Source: Candidatus Shapirobacteria bacterium (GTDB taxonomy: Bacteria > Patescibacteriota > Microgenomatia > UBA12405). From it: a stretch of 39,391 bases of DNA. Both the position numbers and the translations under genes were made by a program. The notes under the pieces are model-generated. The model saw only the letters and a list, made by a program, of their open reading frames with translations. It was not told the DNA's origin and ran no database searches. Positions 7,471 through 16,999 of the stretch are shown here, piece after piece. Where the stretch lies: the NCBI GenBank assembly GCA_041659325.1, contig JBAZYN010000001.1, forward strand, positions 197,428 to 236,818, given 5' to 3'. Position 1 is the first letter of the stretch; every line of letters begins with the position of its first letter.

Positions 7471-8754
7471 ATGCTACAATCAACTATGAATCAACTAATT
7501 CAACCGGTTAAAGGTACCCGTGATTTTTATCCCGAAGATCAGGCCTTTCAAACTTGGTTTTTCCAAAAAGTCAGGGAAGTTTCTGAAACCTTTGGGTTTC
7601 AGGAATACAACGGTCCGTTTCTGGAGCCTCTGGAACTTTATGCCGCCAAATCAGGTGAGGAGCTGGTTAAAAAACAAGCTTTTACTTTAACTGATCAGTC
7701 GGGAAAAATTCTAGCTCTAAGGCCGGAAATGACACCCACTCTCGCCCGCATGATTGCCCAAAAAGACGGTGAATTAACCTTTCCCGTAAAGTGGTGGACT
7801 TATGGCTCACGTTACAGATACGAAAAACCCCAGAAAGGTCGTGGACGGGAGTTTTTTCAGTGGGATTGCGATATTATCGGTACCGACGGATTCGAGGCCG
7901 ATGCCGAAGCAATTGCCATCGCCGCTACCATGTATAGAAAATTAGGATTAACCTCCACAGATGTAAAAATAAAAATCAATGATCGCCAACTTCTTCAAGG
8001 TGAACTTTTAAATATCGGAGTCCCGGAAAATCTAATTGTTAATGTTTTTAGAATTGCTGATAAAAAAGACAAAGTTACCGAAGTGGATTTCAAAGAAATG
8101 CTTTTAGAAACCGGACTAACCGAGTCACAGACGGATATGGTTAAGAAAACTCTTGAAGACAAAGATCTTTATAAAAAATCTGAATGGCTTTTAAAAATTT
8201 TTGATCTTTTAAAAATTTATGGAATTTCCGATTTTGTAGAATTTGATCCCGGGATTGTTCGTGGACTTGAATATTACACCAGAACCGTTTTTGAAGGTTG
8301 GGATGTAAACGGAGAATTTCGGGCCATCTGGGGCGGTGGCAGATATGACAATCTAGTTGCTGATGTCGGTTCCAAAAACAAAGTACCCGGAGTTGGCTTT
8401 GCAATGGGGGATATGGTTATTGCCGAAGTTTTGAAACAATATAAAAAATATCCGGTCCTTTCTGCAAATAAATCCAAGGTCTTAGTAACTGTATTTTCAC
8501 CGGAACTTTTTAACAGTTCACTCGAAGTCACAAACATACTTCGAAAAAATAACATAAATACCGAAATCTACCTTAACCCCGACATAAAAATTGATAAACA
8601 ATTAAAATATGCCGATAAAAAGGGTATTCCTTATGTTATAGTTCTCGGCCCTGATGAAATTAAAGCCGACTCGGTTACGATAAAAAATATGTCTTCTGGT
8701 ACTCAAACTACAGTCAAGAAAGAAGACGTGGTTAATTCAATAACTCCAAGTTGA
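7471..8754 (+). CDS. hisS: Histidine--tRNA ligase
   Basis: KGTRDF, LRPEMT, RYEKPQKGRGREFFQ, RGLEYYT and GGGRYD motifs plus anticodon-binding domain; start may be ATG 7486. Confidence 0.97.
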   Translation: MLQSTMNQLIQPVKGTRDFYPEDQAFQTWFFQKVREVSETFGFQEYNGPFLEPLELYAAKSGEELVKKQAFTLTDQSGKILALRPEMTPTLARMIAQKDGELTFPVKWWTYGSRYRYEKPQKGRGREFFQWDCDIIGTDGFEADAEAIAIAATMYRKLGLTSTDVKIKINDRQLLQGELLNIGVPENLIVNVFRIADKKDKVTEVDFKEMLLETGLTESQTDMVKKTLEDKDLYKKSEWLLKIFDLLKIYGISDFVEFDPGIVRGLEYYTRTVFEGWDVNGEFRAIWGGGRYDNLVADVGSKNKVPGVGFAMGDMVIAEVLKQYKKYPVLSANKSKVLVTVFSPELFNSSLEVTNILRKNNINTEIYLNPDIKIDKQLKYADKKGIPYVIVLGPDEIKADSVTIKNMSSGTQTTVKKEDVVNSITPS

Positions 8755-8854
8755 GCGCTAGTCACCGTTATCGAGCTATTCAATAATTTATACATGCGTA
8801 TCTGTTAAAGTTGTACCGAAAAATCGAACGTATTTTGAGTTATAATCATTCTCA

Positions 8855-8913
8855 CCCCGCTCGTCCCGTCGCCGGTCGGGACGTAAATCGCGCCTGTCCG
8901 CCTTTGGAGGGGG
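8855..8913. repeat. Composite palindromic element
   Basis: CCCCGC...GCGGG outer arms interrupted by CGTCCCG-N8-CGGGACG (8862-8883) and CCTGTCCGCCTTTGGAGGG (8893-8911). Confidence 0.6.
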
Positions 8914-9015
8914 TTCGATTGAAAATTATTCAAAAAAACAAATAGCCCAAACCAAGATTCGATAGTGTAAACCAAATCATTATTTGTAAGACCCCATCAA
9001 TACCATAGATATTAT

Positions 9016-9300
9016 CTATAACAAATCAGGATCAATCCAAGTAGTCCCAAAAGGTTGCCTATCTCCAACATGAATCCCGTCACTTTTTCTCTCTATATAG
9101 AAGGCTCCATCAATTTCCGGCACAGGTATTAAATCTAGATCTTCACGTAAGGTGACAATCCATCCGCCTTTACGTAACTTTTCAGCCTCACCCAAGCGAC
9201 TCAATACGGCATTTGCTTTGGCCCCCTTAATTCCATAATTACTTTCCGGACCGTCACCGACAAGATTTAGTGATAAGATTTCCACTCTTTTTCCTGCCAT
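9016..9300 (-). CDS. Hypothetical protein
   Basis: 94-aa ORF filling the intergenic space, with TGaTAAAAT 9 nt upstream; no family recognised. Confidence 0.6.
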   Translation of the reverse strand: MAGKRVEILSLNLVGDGPESNYGIKGAKANAVLSRLGEAEKLRKGGWIVTLREDLDLIPVPEIDGAFYIERKSDGIHVGDRQPFGTTWIDPDLL

Positions 9301-9377
9301 ATAGAAACGATTTTATCATAATATCCTATATAAAGCAAAACTCAGAATAATTCCCAAAAACCGTGAGTATCGTATCT

Positions 9378-9752
9378 GTTACCCCACATGGTGTCCTCCA
9401 CCTTCGGTTACGGAACACCTAAGATTCTGTCTTGCTTTCACATCTTTCTTTAAAGCTTCAGATATCAACCTTTTATAAGCGAATGCTTTTCCAGAACCGC
9501 TTTTCAAATAAAGTTCAAAATCTTTAGCCTCTTGCTCACTTTCAAAAGATCCATACCAAACTAATTTCCATGGAATATGCGGTTTTGTTGAAAATACATT
9601 TCCTCTGTTGTGTAATTCAAATCTGTTCCTCAGGTCTGAGGTGTATCCATAGTAGAAAATATGTGATTTTGAACTTAACAATATGTAGGAATAAAACATT
9701 CCTCAGTATAACCATTCTGAAGCTTTAGCGAAAGATGGGTTACCCCACATGG
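9378..9752 (-). mobile_element. Putative tRNA-Gln-associated GIY-YIG mini-element
   Basis: 14-nt direct repeat GTTACCCCACATGG at 9378-9391 and 9739-9752 (tRNA 3' end); 22-nt inverted repeats at 9441-9462 and 9716-9737 (20/22 identical). Confidence 0.6.
9379..9699 (-). CDS. GIY-YIG nuclease family protein
   Basis: YSYIL...YYGYT..L..R...HN, PWKLV and E..LKSG motifs; C-terminal tail is read through repeat DNA. Confidence 0.9.
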   Translation of the reverse strand: MFYSYILLSSKSHIFYYGYTSDLRNRFELHNRGNVFSTKPHIPWKLVWYGSFESEQEAKDFELYLKSGSGKAFAYKRLISEALKKDVKARQNLRCSVTEGGGHHVG

Positions 9753-9810
9753 ATTCGAACCACAATTACTACGTTCAGAGCGTAGTGTCCTACCATTAGA
9801 CGATGGGGTA
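9740..9810 (-). tRNA. tRNA-Gln(CTG)
   Basis: Acceptor TACCCCA/TGGGGTA, anticodon arm CTACG-CTCTGAA-CGTAG, T-loop GGTTCGAATCC; TGaTAGAAT promoter 15 nt upstream. Confidence 0.97.
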
Positions 9811-9821
9811 TTGTATCTGCG

Positions 9822-10460
9822 CTATATTCTATCAAATTTGTACTTTTTTGACTCGTTTTCAATGGTTGTTTCCTGTCCGTGCCCGGAAAGAACCAAAGTC
9901 TCAGGAGACAGCTCCATCAATTTCCGTATACTTTTAAAAATTTCCTCAGTTGAGCCATATTTAAAGTCGGTCCTACCGCGCAGGGCAAAAAACAAAGTAT
10001 CTCCAGAAAACAACAAGTTTTCTTTTGGACAATAAAAGCATACTCCTCCCGGGGTATGGCCGGGGGTTTTAATAATTTTTATTGTATTAGCCCCCAAATG
10101 AATTTCGTCTATTTGATCTAAGTCTGTATCAATATTTTCAATATTCGGTGTTGCCACATTTTTGTTAAGAAAATAGCCTGCGGTTTGATTTTGTCTCTTC
10201 AGTAAAAACATGTCTCTTTTACTGCAATATATGGGAACATTAAACATCAGCTTCATATCAAGCGCGGCCATCACATGATCAAAATGTCCGTGAGTTAAAA
10301 AAACTCCCGTCGGTTTCAAACTATTTTTTTGTATCTCTTCTACAATATAATCAGCTTCGTCAGCCGGATCGATAATAAAACACTTTCGCTCCTCACTCTC
10401 CCAAAGAAGATAACAGTTTGTTTGCATTTCCCCCAATACTAAAGTCCTATATTCCAACAT
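9822..10460 (-). CDS. MBL-fold metallo-hydrolase (glyoxalase II-like)
   Basis: THGHFDH, TPGHTPG, FSGDTLF and GHG motifs; ATG 10460 lies 7 nt after TGgTAAAAT. Confidence 0.92.
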   Translation of the reverse strand: MLEYRTLVLGEMQTNCYLLWESEERKCFIIDPADEADYIVEEIQKNSLKPTGVFLTHGHFDHVMAALDMKLMFNVPIYCSKRDMFLLKRQNQTAGYFLNKNVATPNIENIDTDLDQIDEIHLGANTIKIIKTPGHTPGGVCFYCPKENLLFSGDTLFFALRGRTDFKYGSTEEIFKSIRKLMELSPETLVLSGHGQETTIENESKKYKFDRI

Positions 10461-10499
10461 GTTCTTAATTTTACCAACCATTTTAGATATAATGACAGT

Positions 10500-11135
10500 A
10501 TGAAACTAACATATTTGAAGTCAATTTGTCTTCTCCTCTGTGCTACCTTTATATTTTCCGCCTGCGGTAAAAAAGATAGTACAAAAGATGTTATCTTCAG
10601 TGACGCGGAAAACGAAATAGAAACAATTAGCCCATACGTCGACAAGTTGGCAAGTGTACAAATTGATTTATCCAAAACCATACCCCTCAATCAGGAGTTT
10701 GAGGTAATTTATAAAACAGCAAACCCGGACGGTATAGGCAAAGCCACTTTTAAGGCTAAATCAATGAAAGAAATTCCGAAAGCCGGCCTTAATACACCAG
10801 AAGAAGGTAAAAAATTGGTTCTTGTCGAAATTTCCATTCGCGGTAACAAGGACAATAAAGGTGAACCCTCTGGTTTCAACCAGATTGGTGATAAACCATC
10901 TCCTCAATTTGTGATGATAAATAAGGATAAAAATATAAGTGAAGTGGAAACTACTTATTTCAGCGACAGCTATACTGTCGAAAAAAAATTATTTGAACTT
11001 TCAAAAATCACCCTAGATCATGACCAATGGGTCCATACTGCTCTGGTTTTCCAACTGGACAAGGATAGCACCCCGGATCTTGCCTTTAGATTTACTAATC
11101 CCGAAGGAAAAACAGCATTTTATGACCTCCAGTAA
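10500..11135 (+). CDS. Lipoprotein, possibly DUF4352-like
   Basis: Signal peptide with lipobox FSAC-GKK; beta-rich domain containing LVLVEISIRGN. Confidence 0.65.
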   Translation: MKLTYLKSICLLLCATFIFSACGKKDSTKDVIFSDAENEIETISPYVDKLASVQIDLSKTIPLNQEFEVIYKTANPDGIGKATFKAKSMKEIPKAGLNTPEEGKKLVLVEISIRGNKDNKGEPSGFNQIGDKPSPQFVMINKDKNISEVETTYFSDSYTVEKKLFELSKITLDHDQWVHTALVFQLDKDSTPDLAFRFTNPEGKTAFYDLQ

Positions 11136-11718
11136 ATCAGCCAACAAGAGACTCTTTATCGGGGGATTGCCATACAAATATAGCGAAGGTCAGCTCTTAC
11201 GATTATTTATCGGCCAAGGTAAGGTAATAGATGCCAGAATTATTCATAATCAGTGGGGAAAAAGCCGCGGTATAGGCTATGTAGAGTTTGAAGACCTGAA
11301 CGATGCCATCGAAGCCAAACAAAAATTTCACAATTACGAAATAGAACCGGGCCGAACCATTATAGTCGACTTTGCCCAAACAGATCCCATGTTGACACCC
11401 GAAGGTCAGCAAAGACATGCCGAGGCGCAAGCTAAGAAACGTCCATATATTCGTCGGTCGGACAACTATTCCCGCACCCCGGAGGGAGATTCCAAATTTA
11501 TTTCTACCCATAGCCTTAATACTGATCGGCCGCAAGAAGACCAACAGTTCAAACCAAAATTTGGACCCCGTCTTAAATTCGGCAAAAAGGGTGATTCTTC
11601 AAAAACCAAAGCTAGTTTTGAGCATCAACGCCAGAGTGTCTTTAATTCGCGTAATTTTGGGGCCAAAACAGGCGCAAAATTTGCTGCCAGAACTGCCGCC
11701 CGTAAAAAAACCCGATGA
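11122..11718 (+). CDS. RRM RNA-binding protein with basic disordered tail
   Basis: RNP2 LFIGGL and RNP1 RGIGYVEF; start placed at ATG 11122, overlapping the upstream gene by 14 nt. Confidence 0.88.
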   Translation: MTSSKSANKRLFIGGLPYKYSEGQLLRLFIGQGKVIDARIIHNQWGKSRGIGYVEFEDLNDAIEAKQKFHNYEIEPGRTIIVDFAQTDPMLTPEGQQRHAEAQAKKRPYIRRSDNYSRTPEGDSKFISTHSLNTDRPQEDQQFKPKFGPRLKFGKKGDSSKTKASFEHQRQSVFNSRNFGAKTGAKFAARTAARKKTR

Positions 11719-12782
11719 TCAGTTTTCAAAAACCGATAATCGGGCTTTCTCCCATGGATGGTATTACCGACGAGCCGTTTCGTCTGCTTCAATCCCGTAT
11801 CGCCAAACCTGACCTTATGTTTACGGAATTCGTGAGCGCGGAGGGGCTAAGTCGCGGAGGAGTTAAGCTCTACGACGTTCTTTTGTACTCGAAAGAAGAA
11901 AGGCCGATCGTAGGCCAACTTTTCGGAAAAGACCCCGAAAGTTTTTACAAGTCCGCCATAATTCTTGCTCATCTTGGTTTTGATGGGGTAGACATCAACA
12001 TGGGTTGCCCGGCCAAGACAGTTATCCAACATGGCTCGGGCGGAGCACTGATCGAAAACCCAACACTTGCATCGGAAATTATCAAGTCAACCCAAAAGGG
12101 CATCACCGACTGGTATCAAGGCAGGATTTCTATTGACAACCTTGACCTCAATCAAAAAACCCATCAGGTTATCAAAAGAAATTTAAAATATTCCATCATT
12201 AAAAGTCTCCCCTTCCTCAAGGGGAGATGTCCCGAAGGGACAGGGAGGTTTGTCCCCTCTGTTTCTGTTAAAACCAGGTTGGGTATCAACGATAAAGTAT
12301 ACAAAACCTGGATTCCTTTTTTACTGCAACACCGCCTGGATTTTATAACAATTCACGGCCGAACGCTAAAGCAAGGTTATTCCGGATCTACCGATTGGCC
12401 GGCAATTCAGGAATGTGCCCAAATAGCAAAGTCATCAAACACTCCGATTTTCGGTAACGGCGATATTCAATCCCGCCAACAGGGTATGGATTATTGTAAA
12501 AAATATGGCGTCTCTGGTGTCTTAATCGGCCGGGCATCAACGGGGAATCCGTGGGTTTTCAAAGATAGAGAAGCTTCTCTAAAAGAAAAATATTCCACCA
12601 TGTTACTTCACACCCAGCTTTTCCAGTCTATCTTTCCATCCCGCCGCCTTGATTCTATGCGAAAACATTTTCTTTTGTATTCCACGGGACACCTCCATGC
12701 CAAAAAGCTCCGTGCTCACTTAGTCAGAGTAAATTCACTTAACGACCTTTTGTCACTTGAAGACGAGTTTTTAAATTGCTAG
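11715..12782 (+). CDS. tRNA-dihydrouridine synthase (DusB-like)
   Basis: LSPMDGITD, QLFG, DINMGCP, SVKTRLG, IHGRT, GNGD and IGRA motifs. Confidence 0.92.
   Translation: MISFQKPIIGLSPMDGITDEPFRLLQSRIAKPDLMFTEFVSAEGLSRGGVKLYDVLLYSKEERPIVGQLFGKDPESFYKSAIILAHLGFDGVDINMGCPAKTVIQHGSGGALIENPTLASEIIKSTQKGITDWYQGRISIDNLDLNQKTHQVIKRNLKYSIIKSLPFLKGRCPEGTGRFVPSVSVKTRLGINDKVYKTWIPFLLQHRLDFITIHGRTLKQGYSGSTDWPAIQECAQIAKSSNTPIFGNGDIQSRQQGMDYCKKYGVSGVLIGRASTGNPWVFKDREASLKEKYSTMLLHTQLFQSIFPSRRLDSMRKHFLLYSTGHLHAKKLRAHLVRVNSLNDLLSLEDEFLNC
12206..12251. repeat. Double-hairpin palindromic element in-frame within dus
   Basis: TCTCCCCTT-cctc-AAGGGGAGA (12206-12227) directly followed by TGTCCC-gaa-GGGACA (12228-12242). 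Confidence 0.7.
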
Positions 12783-12792
12783 ATTAAAAGGT

Positions 12793-13203
12793 ATGCCAAA
12801 CGACAATCAAACATCGCAAACCCTCGTCAGCGTAGAATCACTTATTAATAGCTACAACTCCCGTCTCGACACTCTCCAGACCCAACAAAAGCAATTTAAA
12901 GAAATGCTCAACTCGATTCTCGACAACGACACTGATTTTCAAACTATTGCCAAAGAAGCCTCAAAACAGGCAAAACTTAAGATGATTGCAAAGCAAAAAG
13001 TATTAAAACTCTCGGAAGCCGCCCAAACTGTAGACAAGATGAAAGAGTGCCAGACCCAGCTGAGAGAAATAAAAACTGCCCTCTCGGATTATCTTTCCCA
13101 ATATGTAACTCTTTCCGGAACCAACCAAATAGAAGGCATGGATGGGGTTTTACGACAAATTGTTTATACCGCCAAATTAGTTAAAATATCCGGTAAAAAA
13201 TAA
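12793..13203 (+). CDS. Hypothetical coiled-coil protein
   Basis: Q/K/E/L-rich helical ORF in operon orientation. Confidence 0.7.
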   Translation: MPNDNQTSQTLVSVESLINSYNSRLDTLQTQQKQFKEMLNSILDNDTDFQTIAKEASKQAKLKMIAKQKVLKLSEAAQTVDKMKECQTQLREIKTALSDYLSQYVTLSGTNQIEGMDGVLRQIVYTAKLVKISGKK

Positions 13204-13246
13204 ATTTAAAAATTATTAAATTATAAATTATTAAATTTTTTAAAAT

Positions 13247-13564
13247 ATGTCACATATCGTTGGTACAGAACAAAACTTTAAAACCGAAGTTCTCGATTAC
13301 AAAGGAAAAGTTCTCGTCGATTTTTGGGCACCCTGGTGTGGACCCTGTCAAATGCTAACACCGATAATTGAGGAGATTGCCCTCGAACAAACCGGAAAGC
13401 TAAAGGTGGTAAAAGTAAACGTCGACGAACAGCAATCTCTTTCCTCACAATACGGCATCAGCGGTATCCCGGCTGTTTTCATCTTTATTAACGGAGAGCT
13501 AAAGGAACAAATCATTGGTTTCCGCCAAAAACAAGATTATTTATCAGCCATAGAAAAGTATTAA
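13247..13564 (+). CDS. trxA: Thioredoxin
   Basis: VDFWAPWCGPC active site and GIP motif. Confidence 0.96.
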   Translation: MSHIVGTEQNFKTEVLDYKGKVLVDFWAPWCGPCQMLTPIIEEIALEQTGKLKVVKVNVDEQQSLSSQYGISGIPAVFIFINGELKEQIIGFRQKQDYLSAIEKY

Positions 13565-14559
13565 TGGATTTATCGAAAGTTGAAACTTTCTTAAAAAATA
13601 ACAATCTCCCGCTTTATCGTCTAAAACAAATCCGCAAAAATTATTTTTCCGGTCGTTTTTCCTCTTTTGATGATATGACGGACTTGCCTCTGAGCCTAAG
13701 AAAGTCTCTGTCCGCAAATTTTTCTCTACTTTCAGTTATCACCGACAAAACTGAGACCACAGGCAGCACCCAAAAAGCGCTTCTAAATCTCGTCGACAAT
13801 CAAAAAATAGAATCTGTTCTAATGGATTACGACGGATGGCTGACCGCTTGTGTCAGCAGTCAGGTAGGTTGTCCTCTAAATTGTTCTTTTTGCGCCACAG
13901 GGCGTTTAGGTTATAAAAGAAACTTATCAGCCGAAGAGCTAGTAGACCAAATATTATATTGGAACACTCGCTTATTTCCCAAATATATTGGCCGGATTGT
14001 TTTTATGGGAATGGGAGAGCCGTTTTTAAACTGGGACAACCTAATCTCTGCCCTAAAAATTATTAATTCAAAAGATGGTTTGGGCATTGGAGCCCGTAAG
14101 ATTAGTATTTCTACCGCCGGCATCATCAACCGCATCTACGACTTTACAAATCTTAATACCGAAATCAACTTGGCCATTTCCCTTCATAGTGTTAATCAAA
14201 AAATTCGCGAGCATATAATGCCGATTGCCAAACAATATCCGCTCCGTGATCTAAAAAAGGCTTGTCTAAATTATGTGCAAGTCACCAAGCGCCAACTCTT
14301 TTTTGAATACGCCCTAATGAAGAACATAAACGATAGCCCGGAGGATGCGGCCAAGCTAATTATTTTTATAAATACAAATAGATTATATTATTTAAACTTA
14401 ATTCATTTAAATCCCATAGAAAAAGGAATTGTCCCCTCCGACCAAAAGACCAGCAACTCGTTTATCTCCATCTTAACAAAATCCGGAATAAATTTTTCTC
14501 TACGGCGGACTTTTGGCCAGTCTATCCATGCTGCTTGTGGTCAGCTAGCTGGTAAATAA
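13564..14559 (+). CDS. rlmN: 23S rRNA/tRNA m2A methyltransferase RlmN
   Basis: SSQVGC, CPLNCSFC radical-SAM motif, MGMGEP, ISTAG, AISLH and AACGQL. Confidence 0.93.
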   Translation: MDLSKVETFLKNNNLPLYRLKQIRKNYFSGRFSSFDDMTDLPLSLRKSLSANFSLLSVITDKTETTGSTQKALLNLVDNQKIESVLMDYDGWLTACVSSQVGCPLNCSFCATGRLGYKRNLSAEELVDQILYWNTRLFPKYIGRIVFMGMGEPFLNWDNLISALKIINSKDGLGIGARKISISTAGIINRIYDFTNLNTEINLAISLHSVNQKIREHIMPIAKQYPLRDLKKACLNYVQVTKRQLFFEYALMKNINDSPEDAAKLIIFINTNRLYYLNLIHLNPIEKGIVPSDQKTSNSFISILTKSGINFSLRRTFGQSIHAACGQLAGK

Positions 14560-14582
14560 CGAAATTACAGTATAATACAGAT

Positions 14583-15533
14583 ATGTTAATCGATGAAGCC
14601 AGAATATTAATCAAAGCCGGTGATGGTGGAAACGGTTTTGTCCACTTCTATCGAGACCGTTGGCGGCCCAAAGGCGGCCCGGATGGTGGAAATGGCGGGA
14701 GTGGGGGTTCGGTCTATTTTGTCGCGGTTTCAGATATCAGTAAACTTCGCCAATTTCGCCATCAAAAAAAGTATTTGGCTGAAAACGGCAGTAATGGAGG
14801 TGTTAAGCAAATGACCGGAAAAAATGGCCAGGATCTTACCCTTGAAGTTCCAGTGGGGACTATTGTCACATACGACAATGGTACACAGGTAGAATTTACA
14901 AAAGTTGGAGAGAAGTTTCTGATGACCAAAGGTGGTAAAGGCGGCAAAGGAAATTTTCACTTCCGTTCCGCAACTAACCAAACTCCTCAGGACTTCACTC
15001 CCGGCCAAAAGCGAGAATATAAAAATCTTTTTTTACAACTCAAATTAATTGCCCAGGTCGGTCTTATCGGACTACCAAACGCCGGGAAAACTAGCCTCTT
15101 AAATGAACTAACTTCCGCCAAAGCCAAAGTTGCCAACTACGCCTTTACCACCCTTGAACCAAATCTCGGGAGCACCAAGTCCGGCTTTATTATCGCCGAT
15201 ATCCCCGGGTTAATTGAAGGTGCCTCATCCGGAAAAGGGTTGGGGATCAAGTTTTTAAAACATATTGAAAGAACTCAAATTTTGGTTCATTGCTTATCGT
15301 GTGAATCAACAGATCCCCAGAAAGACTACCACACCGTCCGTCACGAACTAGAAAGCTATAGCTCAGTTTTAGCTGCCAAACCGGAATTGTTAGTCCTGAC
15401 AAAATCAGACATCCTGGTCTCCAAACAGATAAAACTGCTCCAAAAACAAACCGGGGCTCAATTTGCCACCTCAATCATAGACACAGATAGCGTTAAAAAC
15501 CTAAACGATTATCTGGCCAAAGAACTATCTTAA
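14583..15533 (+). CDS. obgE: GTPase ObgE/CgtA
   Basis: Gly-rich Obg domain (GPDGGNGG) and G-motifs GLPNAGKTS, FTT, DIPG and TKSD. Confidence 0.96.
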   Translation: MLIDEARILIKAGDGGNGFVHFYRDRWRPKGGPDGGNGGSGGSVYFVAVSDISKLRQFRHQKKYLAENGSNGGVKQMTGKNGQDLTLEVPVGTIVTYDNGTQVEFTKVGEKFLMTKGGKGGKGNFHFRSATNQTPQDFTPGQKREYKNLFLQLKLIAQVGLIGLPNAGKTSLLNELTSAKAKVANYAFTTLEPNLGSTKSGFIIADIPGLIEGASSGKGLGIKFLKHIERTQILVHCLSCESTDPQKDYHTVRHELESYSSVLAAKPELLVLTKSDILVSKQIKLLQKQTGAQFATSIIDTDSVKNLNDYLAKELS

Positions 15534-15961
15534 GCCGTTAAAGCCTTTTTAATTTTCAACCAATCCTTTTTAAGCTGATTAGCTAATTTTGTCGCTCCAT
15601 TTTTTGTTGCATCAAAATCATTTTTAAAATCGGAGACGACATCCTCAACAATCATCCCATATTTCTCTTTATTGATTTCCTCCCCGGCACTTTTAACTGC
15701 CGCCACCTTTTCCATTACTTTCGAAGTGATTTCCTTGTATTTATCCTTCGCCATTTTCGTTGCTTCACCAAAAACTTCGGTCACTCTACTCTCAGTATCC
15801 TCTACTTCTGTCTTTATCGCCTTACCCAACTTACTGGCCAATCTCAAAATATCTTCTCTGGTTTCCTCTCCGGATTTAGGAGCAAACAACAAACCGCCTA
15901 TCGCTCCGGCTGCAGCACCCAATAACCCAGCCAAAAAAAATTTACCTGTAGTTTTTGACAT
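15530..15961 (-). CDS. YtxH-domain protein
   Basis: GLLGAAAGAIGGLLFAPKSGEETR signature; has an AGGAG Shine-Dalgarno. Confidence 0.85.
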   Translation of the reverse strand: MSKTTGKFFLAGLLGAAAGAIGGLLFAPKSGEETREDILRLASKLGKAIKTEVEDTESRVTEVFGEATKMAKDKYKEITSKVMEKVAAVKSAGEEINKEKYGMIVEDVVSDFKNDFDATKNGATKLANQLKKDWLKIKKALTA

Positions 15962-16029
15962 AATTCTCCTAATAATTCTATAACAACTCAGTCTAATTTA
16001 TTTTAAGCCTGCTGTCAACATCAAGTAGG

Positions 16030-16935
16030 TTATTCTATCACCGCTCTTTCCGGCCAATGAGGATCGGTTTTAACATTAAGTTCCAAAAACACTTTCCTTC
16101 CGGACATTAGTTCCAATTCTTTTCTGGCATTAAAACCTATTTCTTTAATCTTTTTTCCATCTCTACCAATTATCATTTTTTTATATCTATCCGCCGTTGT
16201 AAAAATTGTCGCCTGAATCAAAATTAGTTTCTTTTTATCAACAATCTTGTCTACTACAATACTAATCGAATATGGGACTTCTTCTCTCAAAAACAAATAT
16301 GCCTTTTCCCTGACAAGCTCCCCAATATATTCCTTAGAGCTAATCGGTATTACTGGTTTTTTAACTGATTTCAATATCTTGACTTCTTCTTCTATTTTTT
16401 CTTCGCTATCGTCTCCGAGTAGATCAAAAATCAAATTTACCAACCCCTTAACATTCTTTGATTTAATCGCGCTAATCTTTATATTTCTGTCAAACTCATC
16501 CTCCATATAGTTGTACTCTGCAAAATGATCTTTACTACCTGTTGCCGCATCAGATTTGTTATAGACCAGAATTTTTTTGGCTCCTGATTTTCTGACCAAT
16601 CCCAAGGCTTTATTTTCTTCATCATTTTTTGGCCTCGAAATATCAACCAACATTACAATTACATCGGCCTTGCTGCTTTCCTTTGGTGCTTCGGTGTTTA
16701 CCCTCTTCCCCACCAAGTCTTCGACTTTTCCGATAACTCCCGGGGTATCGGAAAACAATATTTCACCTCGAGCATCGGAATATACTACTCTCATATTTTT
16801 CCGGGTAGTTTGGGGCAGGGGAGATGTGATTGCGACTTTCTGATTCATAATCGCATTCAGTAGTGTTGATTTACCGGTATTCGGTCTGCCGATTATTACC
16901 GCTCTTCCTGATTTTTTGACATCTTGAATTTTCAT
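16030..16935 (-). CDS. era: GTPase Era
   Basis: GRPNTGKST, QTTR, DTPG, NKSD, EEVPY and KH-domain IIGRDG; ATG 16935 lies 7 nt after TGtTAAAAT. Confidence 0.95.
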   Translation of the reverse strand: MKIQDVKKSGRAVIIGRPNTGKSTLLNAIMNQKVAITSPLPQTTRKNMRVVYSDARGEILFSDTPGVIGKVEDLVGKRVNTEAPKESSKADVIVMLVDISRPKNDEENKALGLVRKSGAKKILVYNKSDAATGSKDHFAEYNYMEDEFDRNIKISAIKSKNVKGLVNLIFDLLGDDSEEKIEEEVKILKSVKKPVIPISSKEYIGELVREKAYLFLREEVPYSISIVVDKIVDKKKLILIQATIFTTADRYKKMIIGRDGKKIKEIGFNARKELELMSGRKVFLELNVKTDPHWPERAVIE

Positions 16936-16999
16936 CTTCGATATTTTAACATTAATTTCAACGTTGACACTTAGCAATGGCAATGATAGACTGCTAATT

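Noticed and set aside
8850-8920. tRNA or pseudo-tRNA suggested by GGTTCGATT
   Set aside because: No cloverleaf or anticodon arm; explained by nested palindromes
9378-9810. Prophage or ICE attachment site at tRNA-Gln
   Set aside because: The duplicated tRNA end encloses only about 350 nt, with no integrase or phage genes
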